DNA of 64,000 nt, from the sequence record PZ026127.1. One strand, 5' to 3'. This document shows positions 37,750 through 46,795 of the stretch, piece by piece. The first letter of the stretch is position 1. Every line of letters starts with the position of its first letter. The notes under the pieces were generated by a model that did no database searches, was not told where the DNA came from, and was given only the letters and a program-made list of their open reading frames with translations. This stretch comes from a phage. The position numbers and the translations under genes were made by a program.

Positions 37750-38639
37750 GTTTGTTTATCGTTCCTATTTTCAGTATGCGTAGTTACGAAACAGGTGAAT
37801 ATGCCGTCCTTAAGGACGGCAATTTTCAACTCCATTTAAACCGTGCTTGCCCAGGTGATTATCTGGCTTATCCTAGAAATTCGAGCGATATCAAAGAATG
37901 CATTGAATTATTTCCTGAACTGAATTTTGTACCTCTTTGGTATAAAGAAAATGCTTATGAAACTCGTAAACATTTTTGGTCTGAAAATGAGTTCGTTGTT
38001 GATTCGTTAATCGAATACTATGACTGCTCAGGATTGGTAACCGATATCACAGGTTATGATGGTGCTCATACCGTACAATTCAACTTTAACATTACAATGG
38101 ACCCTGAAGTTCCTCGTTATTACATCGATGAGTTTATTGATACCGACGTGGGTTCAGTTGAACGTTCGATTTATACTACAGTCTTGAATCAATGTCAGAA
38201 AGACGTCCTGGTGTCACGAGGTGCGTCCTCTGATAAGATTTTTGTAGACCAAAAGGTAATTAATCCTGCAGTAATTGAGCGTTACTCTGAAGGTCTAGCG
38301 CCTATTAAAATTGATGGTATTTTCCATCCATTCCGTATTTCAGATAAATGCTACCAATTCGAAAGAGTTGTAGACCAGGCTGCGGCTGAGGGTTCTCGTC
38401 TTTACATCACCGACCCGAATGATTCATTTAAGCGTGAAGACTATCGTCCTGATGTAGAGATTATTAAATTCAAACCGAGTAAGGTTGAATATTATCAGAT
38501 TCTGAAATCAAGACCTCATATCATTTATCATGAGAATCCCGGTTTAGTATTCCATCCTGGTCTGGCTGAATTCATTTATTTCGGTGCCCACATCCATTCT
38601 GAGCACGAAATGCCAAGTTATGAGGACGTGGTCCTTTAA
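37746..38639 (+). CDS. Orphan protein in beta-glucosyltransferase slot (candidate DNA glycosyltransferase)
   Basis: 297 aa between 42 and uvsX, where T4 has beta-gt; no resemblance to T4 alpha- or beta-gt that I can recognise. Confidence 0.3.
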   Translation: MSLFIVPIFSMRSYETGEYAVLKDGNFQLHLNRACPGDYLAYPRNSSDIKECIELFPELNFVPLWYKENAYETRKHFWSENEFVVDSLIEYYDCSGLVTDITGYDGAHTVQFNFNITMDPEVPRYYIDEFIDTDVGSVERSIYTTVLNQCQKDVLVSRGASSDKIFVDQKVINPAVIERYSEGLAPIKIDGIFHPFRISDKCYQFERVVDQAAAEGSRLYITDPNDSFKREDYRPDVEIIKFKPSKVEYYQILKSRPHIIYHENPGLVFHPGLAEFIYFGAHIHSEHEMPSYEDVVL

Positions 38640-38716
38640 CGCTGTAAATGTGAAGTGATATAATTACCCTATCTTAAAACGTGAGTAAAATATAATGATG
38701 CCTATGGAAAAATATA

Positions 38717-39889
38717 ATGTCTGATTTAAAATCCCGTTTGATTAAAGCTTCTACTTCTAAAATGACCGCCGACCTGACCAAATCTAAATTGTTTAATGGT
38801 CGTGACGAAGTTCCTACTCGTATCCCTATGCTGAATATTGCATTGGGCGGTGCGTTGAATGCAGGCTTACAATCAGGTTTGACAATCTTTGCTGCTCCAT
38901 CTAAACACTTTAAAACGTTGTTTGGACTTACCATGGTTGCGGCATATATGAAGAAATATCCAGACGCAATTTGTTTGTTCTATGACTCTGAGTTTGGTGC
39001 TTCAGAATCTTATTTCCGTTCGATGGGTGTTGATTTGGAACGTGTGGTTCATACACCAATCCAGTCAGTCGAACAGCTTAAAGTTGATATGACCAACCAG
39101 TTAGAAGAAATTACTCGTGGCGAAAAGGTTATTATCTTTATCGACTCCATTGGTAACACTGCTTCTAAGAAAGAAACCGAAGATGCTTTGAACGAGAAAG
39201 TTGTAGGTGATATGACTCGTGCTAAATCACTGAAATCTCTGTTCCGTATCGTAACACCTTATCTGACTATCAAAGATATCCCTTGTGTAGCAATCAACCA
39301 CACGGCTATGGAAATTGGTGGAATGTATCCTAAAGAGATTATGGGTGGTGGTACTGGTATTCTGTACTCTGCTTCTACCGTGTTCTTTATCTCTAAACGT
39401 CAGGTTAAAGATGGTACCGAGCTCACTGGTTATGACTTCACACTGAAGGCTGAGAAATCTCGTACGGTTAAAGAGAAATCAACGTTCCCTATCACCGTTA
39501 ACTTCGAAGGTGGTATCGACCCATTCAGTGGATTGCTTGAAATGGCTACTGATATTGGCTTTGTCGTGAAACCTAAAGCTGGCTGGTATAATCGTGCATT
39601 CCTTGACGAAACCACAGGCGAAATGGTTCAAGAAGAAAAAGCATGGCGTGCTAAAGCTACCGATTGTGTCGAGTTCTGGGGACCGCTGTTTAAACATGCC
39701 CCGTTCCGTGAAGCAATCGAGAATAAGTATAAGCTCGGTGCAATTAATTCTATTAAAGAAGTTGACGATGCAGTGAACGACCTTATTAACTCTCGTGTCT
39801 CTAAGAACGTTGCTGTTAAATTAGGTGGTAATGCCCAAAGCGCCGCTGATATCGAAAACGATTTGGAAGAGATGGATTTAGATGACTGA
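38717..39889 (+). CDS. uvsX: Recombinase UvsX (RecA-like)
   Basis: 390 aa; RecA-fold motifs; T4 position. Confidence 0.9.
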   Translation: MSDLKSRLIKASTSKMTADLTKSKLFNGRDEVPTRIPMLNIALGGALNAGLQSGLTIFAAPSKHFKTLFGLTMVAAYMKKYPDAICLFYDSEFGASESYFRSMGVDLERVVHTPIQSVEQLKVDMTNQLEEITRGEKVIIFIDSIGNTASKKETEDALNEKVVGDMTRAKSLKSLFRIVTPYLTIKDIPCVAINHTAMEIGGMYPKEIMGGGTGILYSASTVFFISKRQVKDGTELTGYDFTLKAEKSRTVKEKSTFPITVNFEGGIDPFSGLLEMATDIGFVVKPKAGWYNRAFLDETTGEMVQEEKAWRAKATDCVEFWGPLFKHAPFREAIENKYKLGAINSIKEVDDAVNDLINSRVSKNVAVKLGGNAQSAADIENDLEEMDLDD

Positions 39890-40211
39890 TTTATCTGATT
39901 TAGATAATTTCGTTAAAGATACCGAAGAGGGTCCTAGTGACCCTCGTTATTATGAGAAATCATTAGATATAATCCGTAAGTCAATGGGATCGGTTAAGCA
40001 GGAAATTATGCTTACTTTACCCGATGGCACTGCTCACATCGTTTATGTGATGAATATTGTTATTGAGAAAGATGGAAAAGTGTCGGTTGATTTCGGAACA
40101 CCTTCCGAAGACCGAAAAGAAGAGCTGGCGCTTCATGTAGAAAAATGTGTTACAATGCAAATACAAGAAGAACTGGATAAAATTAAATCTAAGAGGTGGT
40201 GGAAGTGGTAG
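39882..40211 (+). CDS. gp40-like protein (positional)
   Basis: 109 aa between uvsX and 41 as for T4 gene 40. Confidence 0.4.
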   Translation: MTDLSDLDNFVKDTEEGPSDPRYYEKSLDIIRKSMGSVKQEIMLTLPDGTAHIVYVMNIVIEKDGKVSVDFGTPSEDRKEELALHVEKCVTMQIQEELDKIKSKRWWKW

Positions 40212-41635
40212 AAACTATTTTGGCTCAACTGCTAGGCAATAGTGATTATTTCACTAAGGTCTGGCCTTATATGAATGATTCTTATTTTGACCAGGGTCCT
40301 GCAAAGACCCTTTTCAAAGAAATTAAAAAACATGTCAATGAATATAATGCAGTGCCTTCTAAGAACGCATTGAGCATTGCATTAGATAACAGTACGCTTT
40401 CAGAAGTTGAACACCAAGGCGCTAAAGAGCTTTTAAGTTCGCTGAATGCCGGACCTGAAGACCAAGAATGGTTGGTTAAAGAGACGGAGAAATACGTTCA
40501 GAAAGCAGCGATGTATAATGCAACTTCAAAAATCATTGAAATCCAAACTAATGCCGACCTTCCGGTTGAGCAACAAAATAGAAAACTTCCAGGTATTGGT
40601 GCTATTCCGGATATCATGCGTGATGCATTATCGATTTGTTTCGATTCTGAATTAGGTCATGACTGGATGGATGACTATGAAGAACGATTCAAAAGTTATT
40701 CCGATAAAGCACGTAAGGTTCCATTCCGTCTTAATATTCTGAATAAGATTACCAAGGGTGGTGCTGAGTTTGGTACTGAAAACGTATTGTTGGCAGGAAC
40801 AAACGTAGGTAAGTCTCTTGGTCTTTGTTCATTGGCTGCTGATTACCTTCAATCCGGTTACGATGTTCTTTATATCTCCATGGAGATGGCAGAGGAAGTA
40901 TGTGCTAAGCGTATCGATGCCAACCTTCTGGACGTGTCGCTGGATGATATCGATGATGGTCACGTCTCGTGGCCTGAATATAAAGCTAAGATGGATAAAT
41001 GGCGTTCAACTGCTACCTTGGGTCGTTTAAAGATTAAACAGTACCCTACCGGTGGCGCTAATGCCGATACATTCCGTGCATTATTAAACGAATACAAGCT
41101 CAAACAAAACTTTGTCCCACAGGTCGTTATCGTTGACTACTTGGCTATCTGTGCATCGTCTCGTACGAAAGTTTTCTCTGAAAACAGTTACGGATTGATT
41201 AAGATGGTTGCTGAAGAACTACGTGGACTTGCAGTAGAGAAGAAATTACTGTTGTGGACTGCAGCCCAGACTACTCGTGGTGCGAACGTTGCAGCCGAAA
41301 TCGATATGGCCGATATTGCTGAATCCTTTGGTATTGCACATACTGCAGACTTCATGTTGGGTGTGGTCGAGACAGAAGAGTTCGCTCAGATGGGTATGCA
41401 GATGGTTAAGCAGCTTAAATCTCGTTATGGCGATAAGAGCTACTACAACAAATTTAAGATTGGCGTTAAGAAAGGAAATCAACGTTGGTACGAAGTTGAA
41501 GATGATTCCAACCCAGGCCCAGTGAACACTGTTCGTGAGGCTACAGGTGAGATGAATCGCCAGGCCGAGGTCAATCGACAGACGCGTGTTAATAGAAGTG
41601 ATTTGGACGATTTAGCAGCATCTATCAAATTTTAA
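40196..41635 (+). CDS. 41: Replicative DNA helicase gp41 (DnaB-like)
   Basis: Strong match to T4 gp41 (SKVWPYM, LVKETEKYVQ, AGxNVGKSLGLCSLAADYLQ, LYISMEMAEEVCAKRIDAN); GTG start. Confidence 0.93.
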   Translation: MVEVVETILAQLLGNSDYFTKVWPYMNDSYFDQGPAKTLFKEIKKHVNEYNAVPSKNALSIALDNSTLSEVEHQGAKELLSSLNAGPEDQEWLVKETEKYVQKAAMYNATSKIIEIQTNADLPVEQQNRKLPGIGAIPDIMRDALSICFDSELGHDWMDDYEERFKSYSDKARKVPFRLNILNKITKGGAEFGTENVLLAGTNVGKSLGLCSLAADYLQSGYDVLYISMEMAEEVCAKRIDANLLDVSLDDIDDGHVSWPEYKAKMDKWRSTATLGRLKIKQYPTGGANADTFRALLNEYKLKQNFVPQVVIVDYLAICASSRTKVFSENSYGLIKMVAEELRGLAVEKKLLLWTAAQTTRGANVAAEIDMADIAESFGIAHTADFMLGVVETEEFAQMGMQMVKQLKSRYGDKSYYNKFKIGVKKGNQRWYEVEDDSNPGPVNTVREATGEMNRQAEVNRQTRVNRSDLDDLAASIKF

Positions 41636-41660
41636 GGAGCTTCGGCTCCTTTTTTGTTTT
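41634..41660 (+). terminator. Rho-independent terminator (UUCG tetraloop)
   Basis: AGGAGC-TTCG-GCTCCTTTTTT. Confidence 0.65.
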
Positions 41661-41665
41661 TAAGG

Positions 41666-41712
41666 GTTTACATCTCCTGTAGGCGTGATACTATAGACCT
41701 ATCAACTTGGAG
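41666..41712 (+). promoter_or_regulatory. Early promoter / stem-loop cassette (PeSL-like)
   Basis: GTTTAC 41666-41671; CTCCTGTAGG; TGATACTATAGACCTATCAAC. Confidence 0.55.
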
Positions 41713-41718
41713 AACAAA

Positions 41719-42036
41719 ATGAAAACCATCGACTGTAAAGCAGAATATAAAGTGTATTACCATGGAAGTTGTAGTGTCGCTAATATCGGTAATATGCTTT
41801 GTCCTCCTGAGGAAACAGGAGTTCTGTCTGAAACCGGTCGTAAGAAAAACCTAAATCGTGTGTTCTTTACTGAAGATATCGGTTTGGCTAAGATTTATGC
41901 TGGACGTGCAGCTCGTTCAGTGGGAGGAGAACCCCGTCTTTATCGTGTAATTGCTCCGGTAGATGTGGTTTGTTTAAATGATACTAAAGGCGCTACAGTT
42001 TATCATGCTGAATGGGCCTTCTGTGAGGAAATCTAA
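41719..42036 (+). CDS. Hypothetical protein
   Basis: Start at ATG 41719 (track TTG start lies in promoter). Confidence 0.45.
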   Translation: MKTIDCKAEYKVYYHGSCSVANIGNMLCPPEETGVLSETGRKKNLNRVFFTEDIGLAKIYAGRAARSVGGEPRLYRVIAPVDVVCLNDTKGATVYHAEWAFCEEI

Positions 42037-42231
42037 ATGTCTGAATCAATTAAAGTAAAATTTGTCGGCCATTTCGCCAACGGTGATACCGCTACCAAAG
42101 AAGCTTCAGTGCGTGAAAACGATATTGTGTGGGTGGCTACCCAATTCGCTGAAGTCAATAGTATTCTAGTCAAGGCCTATGTCGACGACGTAGAAGTTTA
42201 TGAACATGATGCTCGCATTGAGGAAATCTAA
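42037..42231 (+). CDS. Hypothetical protein
   Basis: 64-aa ORF. Confidence 0.4.
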   Translation: MSESIKVKFVGHFANGDTATKEASVRENDIVWVATQFAEVNSILVKAYVDDVEVYEHDARIEEI

Positions 42232-42372
42232 ATGGAAGAATTTGAATGTGTAGTATGTGGTTGTTCAGTCTATGAAGACCAAGCGGTATTTGATGCTTGG
42301 GATAACGCAACCTGTTTAGACTGTGACAGCGAATTCGAAGAAATTGCTCATAAACATGAAGGTGAGGAATAA
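42232..42372 (+). CDS. Small zinc-ribbon peptide
   Basis: 46 aa, CVVCG...CLDCD. Confidence 0.3.
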   Translation: MEEFECVVCGCSVYEDQAVFDAWDNATCLDCDSEFEEIAHKHEGEE

Positions 42373-42612
42373 ATGAATATTACCTTAATGAAACCAACTC
42401 CTAGTTCTTTTTGGAATAAATCTTTTGGTAAGCATAACATGTTTATCCAACGTACCGTAAACAACTGGGAACTAGTTCTTTCAGCGGGCCACAACGATTA
42501 TGAACAAGAATATGTAGAGTTCTTCGAATTTCCTGTGAAGCCCACTAAGCGTCAGATTCGTCAGACAAAACGTAAATTCCGTAAAATTTATTTGGAAGAT
42601 TCATTAAAATAA
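42373..42612 (+). CDS. Hypothetical basic protein
   Basis: 79-aa ORF. Confidence 0.4.
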   Translation: MNITLMKPTPSSFWNKSFGKHNMFIQRTVNNWELVLSAGHNDYEQEYVEFFEFPVKPTKRQIRQTKRKFRKIYLEDSLK

Positions 42613-42613
42613 A

Positions 42614-42666
42614 GTTTACAACGGTCTATGGTAGTGATACTATGGACCTATCAACTACCGAGGAGA
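42614..42666 (+). promoter_or_regulatory. Early promoter / stem-loop cassette (PeSL-like)
   Basis: GTTTAC 42614-42619; GTGATACTATGGACCTATCAAC; SD GAGGAG. Confidence 0.55.
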
Positions 42667-42671
42667 ACATT

Positions 42672-42965
42672 ATGAAAAAGTTATTAATCGCAGCAATCCT
42701 TACAGTAGCATCATGTGGCACAGCTCCAGTTACGGCTGGATTGGATAAAGACCTTTGTGAATGGTCTATGACTGCAGACCAAGAATCGGTTGAACATCAG
42801 ATTTATGCCGATATCATGAACATCACTAAACGCGACCGCCCTGATATGGCTAAAGAAGTGTCAGACCAATTAGCTTCAGGTGGTGTTATGCAATATAACT
42901 GGAATTTGTATTGTGATGCCAATTTCGATAACAAAAATATCGTTAAAGAGGTGACAGGTGAATAA
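42672..42965 (+). CDS. Putative lipoprotein
   Basis: Start at ATG 42672; signal peptide with lipobox VASCG. Confidence 0.5.
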   Translation: MKKLLIAAILTVASCGTAPVTAGLDKDLCEWSMTADQESVEHQIYADIMNITKRDRPDMAKEVSDQLASGGVMQYNWNLYCDANFDNKNIVKEVTGE

Positions 42966-43398
42966 GATTAACAGAAATTTAGTTATCAAAAAACTTCGTT
43001 GTAAAAATCCAAATGCACAAGCATACAGGATGTTTTGGAGCGACGACCACCAATACCTGGGTTATTTTCTTGTTGATAGCGATGATCGAATTACAATGGC
43101 TCATAAACTTCTTAACAGAGAATTAAACCATTGGCAAGAACTTATCGCGGTGAGGTCTAAATTATTTTCGTGCAATACAATGCACCAATTGGTTTATTTT
43201 TTCGCTGAAGGTATTCCTGACAAGGTTGAGTTTGATGGATTCGAATTTAAAGACATCCTCCCAGACAACGAATTGAACGACCGCGTTAATATGGACATCC
43301 CTAGCAAGTATATCAAAAACAGTCTGTTGAAAATTCTGGAAGCTCCGGTTTATTCAATAGATGACCAGATTTTTAATGCCTTTATGAATCGAGGTTAA
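42958..43398 (+). CDS. Hypothetical protein
   Basis: 146-aa ORF. Confidence 0.4.
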   Translation: MNKINRNLVIKKLRCKNPNAQAYRMFWSDDHQYLGYFLVDSDDRITMAHKLLNRELNHWQELIAVRSKLFSCNTMHQLVYFFAEGIPDKVEFDGFEFKDILPDNELNDRVNMDIPSKYIKNSLLKILEAPVYSIDDQIFNAFMNRG

Positions 43399-43399
43399 T

Positions 43400-43621
43400 A
43401 TGTTTGTCTTAACTCAATTCTCTAAAGCGGTGTATAGTTACTCTTGTCAGTGGGAAGTCTTTATCGATTCTCCTTCACCTAAGTACGGTGTTTTTGGTCG
43501 AGTAACTACTCAAGCTTATGTTGCACGGCCAACTAAGCGCCAGCTTCGTAAACTTAAAAAGGCCCATCGCCAACTGATTGAGAGAAGGGAACAATATGAC
43601 TGCAATGTGTACGGGCTCTAA
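43400..43621 (+). CDS. Hypothetical protein
   Basis: 73-aa ORF. Confidence 0.35.
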   Translation: MFVLTQFSKAVYSYSCQWEVFIDSPSPKYGVFGRVTTQAYVARPTKRQLRKLKKAHRQLIERREQYDCNVYGL

Positions 43622-43787
43622 GATTTCTGTATTCGAGTTATTCGAAGAATATGAAATCATATCAAAAGACCAAGAAGCTATCCATATTATTGCCGGTGAT
43701 GGGGTGACTTGGATTATTCCACTTTACCACGAAGATACGTACGAAGTCACTGATGCAAATGGTGATAAAGCTATTTTCGTAATATAA
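43578..43787 (+). CDS. Hypothetical protein
   Basis: 69-aa ORF. Confidence 0.3.
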   Translation: MREGNNMTAMCTGSKISVFELFEEYEIISKDQEAIHIIAGDGVTWIIPLYHEDTYEVTDANGDKAIFVI

Positions 43788-43803
43788 ATAAGGCCAGGAG
43801 CCT

Positions 43804-43965
43804 ATGAAATCTTTTAAAGAAGTTATGAACGAAGATATGGTCGCAGGCGATGCAGGTGGTAACCCATCTAATATTGCCTCCGGAACTACCTCAGGCGCGG
43901 TCGTCAACAAAGGGCCTGAACAAATCCCATCTAAAAAGCGTAAAGAAAAATCCGAAAACGAATGA
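43804..43965 (+). CDS. Hypothetical small protein (late-promoter driven)
   Basis: 53-aa ORF preceded by TATAAATA (43783-43790) and SD AGGAG. Confidence 0.35.
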   Translation: MKSFKEVMNEDMVAGDAGGNPSNIASGTTSGAVVNKGPEQIPSKKRKEKSENE

Positions 43966-44003
43966 TATAATGGCTCTATTAATTTAGAGCCCAAGGAAAA
44001 ATA

Positions 44004-45032
44004 ATGTCATATGTCGATAGAGAATTTGCTGTACGTGCCTTGAATTACCAACCTAAATTCAGACAAGTAACTGGTAGTGATTTTAAATTAAACTGTCGTT
44101 GTCGTGTATGTGGCGACTCCCTAAAAGATGAGAACAAAGCTCGTTTTTGGGCCTATCCGGCCAATGACGGCTCCGTAATGCTGCACTGTTTTAACTGTGA
44201 CTATTCAGCAGGAATTAAGAAGTATCTATACGAATATGAGCCTGATTTATATCGAGAATATATTCTTGAGAAACATAAAGAGCAATCGTTCGGGAGACAA
44301 GCTGCACCTAAGGTGGAGATATCAGAAAAGATTAAAGCCAAGATGCCTGTCATCGAAAAGCTTAATTTCTGTGAACGTCTGGATAGAATGCCAAAGGACC
44401 ATCCTATTATCAAATATGTGACGTTACGTTGCATTCCTGAAAACAAATGGAACCGGCTGTGGTTTACTAAAGAATGGCCGGCATTGGTGAACTCTGTCAA
44501 TCCAGGGACCTATTCTAAAGAAATGCCTGAGCCTCGTTTGGTTATTCCAATTTTCAATAAGAATAAACAAATTGAAAGTTTTCAGGGTCGAGCCTTACGT
44601 AAAGATGCTCCACAAAAATATATTACAATAAAAGCTCATGACCAAGCTACAAAAATATATGGAATGGATACAGTTGACGAACGTCAGTTGGTGTGGGTAA
44701 TGGAAGGCCCTATTGACTCTTTGTTTGTTCCGAATGCAATAGCAATTACTGGCGGGTCGTTGGACTTGGCTATGGTTCCATGTAAAGAAACTCGTGCCTG
44801 GGTAATGGACAATGAACCCCGCCATCCTGACACAATTAAGCGTATGCAACGATTAGTTGATGCTGGCGAAAGGGTTCTATTCTGGGACAAGGCTCCATGG
44901 CCTTCTAAAGATATAAATGATATGATTATGAAAGATAAAGCTGATATAAATGATGTACTGGCATATATGAAAGCTAATATAGCCCAAGGTTTAATGGCAA
45001 AAATGAGACTTTCAAAATATTCTAAAATTTAG
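44004..45032 (+). CDS. 61: DNA primase gp61
   Basis: 342 aa; strong match to T4 gp61 (zinc ribbon CRCRVCGDS...CFNCDY; EPRLVIPIxN, FQGRALxKDAPQKYITI, GPIDSLF, DNEPRHPDTIKRM, AQGLMAKMRLSKY). Confidence 0.93.
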   Translation: MSYVDREFAVRALNYQPKFRQVTGSDFKLNCRCRVCGDSLKDENKARFWAYPANDGSVMLHCFNCDYSAGIKKYLYEYEPDLYREYILEKHKEQSFGRQAAPKVEISEKIKAKMPVIEKLNFCERLDRMPKDHPIIKYVTLRCIPENKWNRLWFTKEWPALVNSVNPGTYSKEMPEPRLVIPIFNKNKQIESFQGRALRKDAPQKYITIKAHDQATKIYGMDTVDERQLVWVMEGPIDSLFVPNAIAITGGSLDLAMVPCKETRAWVMDNEPRHPDTIKRMQRLVDAGERVLFWDKAPWPSKDINDMIMKDKADINDVLAYMKANIAQGLMAKMRLSKYSKI

Positions 45033-45229
45033 GCAGGAACTCCGCTAAAGAATCCAATTATGCTTAATACGTGTTCCATTGTAACCGCTGGTAAAATTAT
45101 CCCTTGGCTAGCGGCTACAGGGACTACTAGAAGATTCCAAAGGAATACGTCTAGCGCAAGAAAACCTAACATCATTTTCTTGTCTTTCTTTTCGGCCAAT
45201 TTCCAGATTTGGTAAAAAATACTGCCCAT
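45029..45229 (-). CDS. Small hydrophobic membrane protein on minus strand
   Basis: 66 aa; ATG at 45229 preceded on the minus strand by AGGAGG with about 6-nt spacing; two hydrophobic segments; lies in the 61-56 intergenic region. Confidence 0.5.
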   Translation of the reverse strand: MGSIFYQIWKLAEKKDKKMMLGFLALDVFLWNLLVVPVAASQGIILPAVTMEHVLSIIGFFSGVPA

Positions 45230-45320
45230 GTTATCCTCCTGTTAAATTAATATTTATTCGCTTTAATCTAACAGTTTATAATTATCTAACTTACTAATGA
45301 ATTGAAAAGGAAAAAATATA

Positions 45321-45839
45321 ATGGCATACTTTAACGAATGCGCAAACCTGATTGATGGTGTTGATAAAGCTGAGGAAGCTTATTTTAATGCTCTGATTCA
45401 TGAAGATAAAGACCCTCTGCAAGTTATGCTTGATATGCAGAAATCTTTACAGGTTCGTTTGGCTAATGACCGTGAATATTGTTACCATCCGGACAAATTA
45501 GCGACAGCCGGTGATGTTGTTGCTTGGATGCGTGAACAGAAAGATTGTATTGACGATGAATTCCGTGAACTTCTGACTTCCCTCGGTGAAATGTCTAAAG
45601 GTGAGAAAGATGCATCTGCTGTATGGAAAAAATGGAAAGCCCGTTACCCGGAAGCACAAGCCAAACCTATTTCAGAAATGTCTCCTGAAGACCAGCTTGA
45701 AATTAAATTTGAACTCATTGATATTATGCACTTCGTATTCAATATGGCTATTGGCCTGAATATGTCGGCTGAAGAAATGTTTAAACTTTATTATCTGAAG
45801 AATGCTGAAAACTTTGCAAGGCAGGACCGTGGCTATTAA
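45321..45839 (+). CDS. 56: dCTP pyrophosphatase gp56
   Basis: 172 aa; very strong match to T4 gp56 (MAxFNECA, LQVMLDMQ, CYHPDKL, WMREQKDCIDDEFRELLTSLGEM, KWKARY, YYLKNxENFARQDRGY). Confidence 0.93.
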   Translation: MAYFNECANLIDGVDKAEEAYFNALIHEDKDPLQVMLDMQKSLQVRLANDREYCYHPDKLATAGDVVAWMREQKDCIDDEFRELLTSLGEMSKGEKDASAVWKKWKARYPEAQAKPISEMSPEDQLEIKFELIDIMHFVFNMAIGLNMSAEEMFKLYYLKNAENFARQDRGY

Positions 45840-46497
45840 GGCTAAGTTTTATAGAACTTATTTGATAAAAATTAGGACGCCGAAAGGTGTCTTTTGGTAT
45901 GGTGGTAAACATGAAACCTTTATACTAAATCCAAATAAAGATAGATATCCAGGTTCTGGCAAAATCTTATGGAATATGTATAAAAAGTATGGTCTAAAAT
46001 ATAAAATACGTTGGTTTGTAGGCCACCAAAATTTAGAAGAATCTTTTAATCATGAAAGACTTTTAATAGCCAAAATAAGAGAAAAGCATCCTAACGAATG
46101 CTTGAATATATTACCAGGTGGCGCTGGCAGCGAAGGACATAAATGGACTGAAGAACAGTGTATAGAGCACAAGCTTAGATTAAATAAACCTGAAACTAAG
46201 ATTAAAATGAGGAAGGCTCAAGCTATAGCTCAGAATAGGCCTGAACGTAAAGCTCGTCAATCAGAAATAATGAAAGAGTTTTATGAGAATGGTGGGAATA
46301 AATTAATATCTGAAGCCACTTCTAAAGCTCAACGAACTGCTCCTCATTGGCATGAACCATTGAAAAGCGAAATCTATAATATTTGGCTTTCATTAGGTAA
46401 ACCAACTACAGGTCCTGTAGTCAAAGAACTTAAAGGTAAATATGACGTTACCGCAAGTGCTCTCAAAAATTTAATATACTCTTTTAGAGATATATAA
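45802..46497 (+). CDS. Putative free-standing GIY-YIG-type homing endonuclease (Seg-like)
   Basis: N-terminal YRTYLIKIRTPKGVFWYGGKH, LPGGAGS, NUMOD3-like HKWTEEQCIEHKLRLNK; overlaps 3' end of 56; start uncertain (ATG 45802 or GTG 45829). Confidence 0.5.
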   Translation: MLKTLQGRTVAIKAKFYRTYLIKIRTPKGVFWYGGKHETFILNPNKDRYPGSGKILWNMYKKYGLKYKIRWFVGHQNLEESFNHERLLIAKIREKHPNECLNILPGGAGSEGHKWTEEQCIEHKLRLNKPETKIKMRKAQAIAQNRPERKARQSEIMKEFYENGGNKLISEATSKAQRTAPHWHEPLKSEIYNIWLSLGKPTTGPVVKELKGKYDVTASALKNLIYSFRDI

Positions 46498-46500
46498 ATA
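46493..46500 (+). promoter_or_regulatory. Late promoter (TATAAATA) for soc
   Basis: Exact TATAAATA about 30 nt upstream of soc ATG. Confidence 0.5.
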
Positions 46501-46531
46501 CACCTGTAATTAAACAACAAAGGAGTTAATT

Positions 46532-46765
46532 ATGGGTGGTTTCGTTAATATCAAAACCTTTACACATCCAGCTGGTGAAGGTAAAGAAGTTAAAGGTACT
46601 GAGGTTTCGGTTCCGTTTGAGATTTATTCAAACGAGCACCGTATTGCAGACTCTCATTATCAGACTTTCCCTTCGGCCGTTGCAGCCTATACTACTGTAG
46701 TGACTGATGCAGCCGATTGGCGAACTAAGAACGCAGCAATGTTCACGCCGACCCCAGTAGTTTAA
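46532..46765 (+). CDS. soc: Small outer capsid protein Soc
   Basis: 77 aa; VNIKTF and HYQTFPS motifs as in T4 Soc. Confidence 0.75.
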   Translation: MGGFVNIKTFTHPAGEGKEVKGTEVSVPFEIYSNEHRIADSHYQTFPSAVAAYTTVVTDAADWRTKNAAMFTPTPVV

Positions 46766-46769
46766 TTAT

Positions 46770-46795
46770 AAGGAACCTTCGGGTTCCTTTTTTGG
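46770..46795 (+). terminator. Rho-independent terminator (UUCG tetraloop)
   Basis: GGAACC-TTCG-GGTTCC followed by TTTTTT. Confidence 0.65.

Noticed and set aside
42642-42671. Track start codons at 42642, 11081, 41707 and 58181
   Set aside because: These starts fall inside the promoter/stem-loop cassette or a terminator, upstream of the likely transcription start; downstream ATGs with SDs were used instead.
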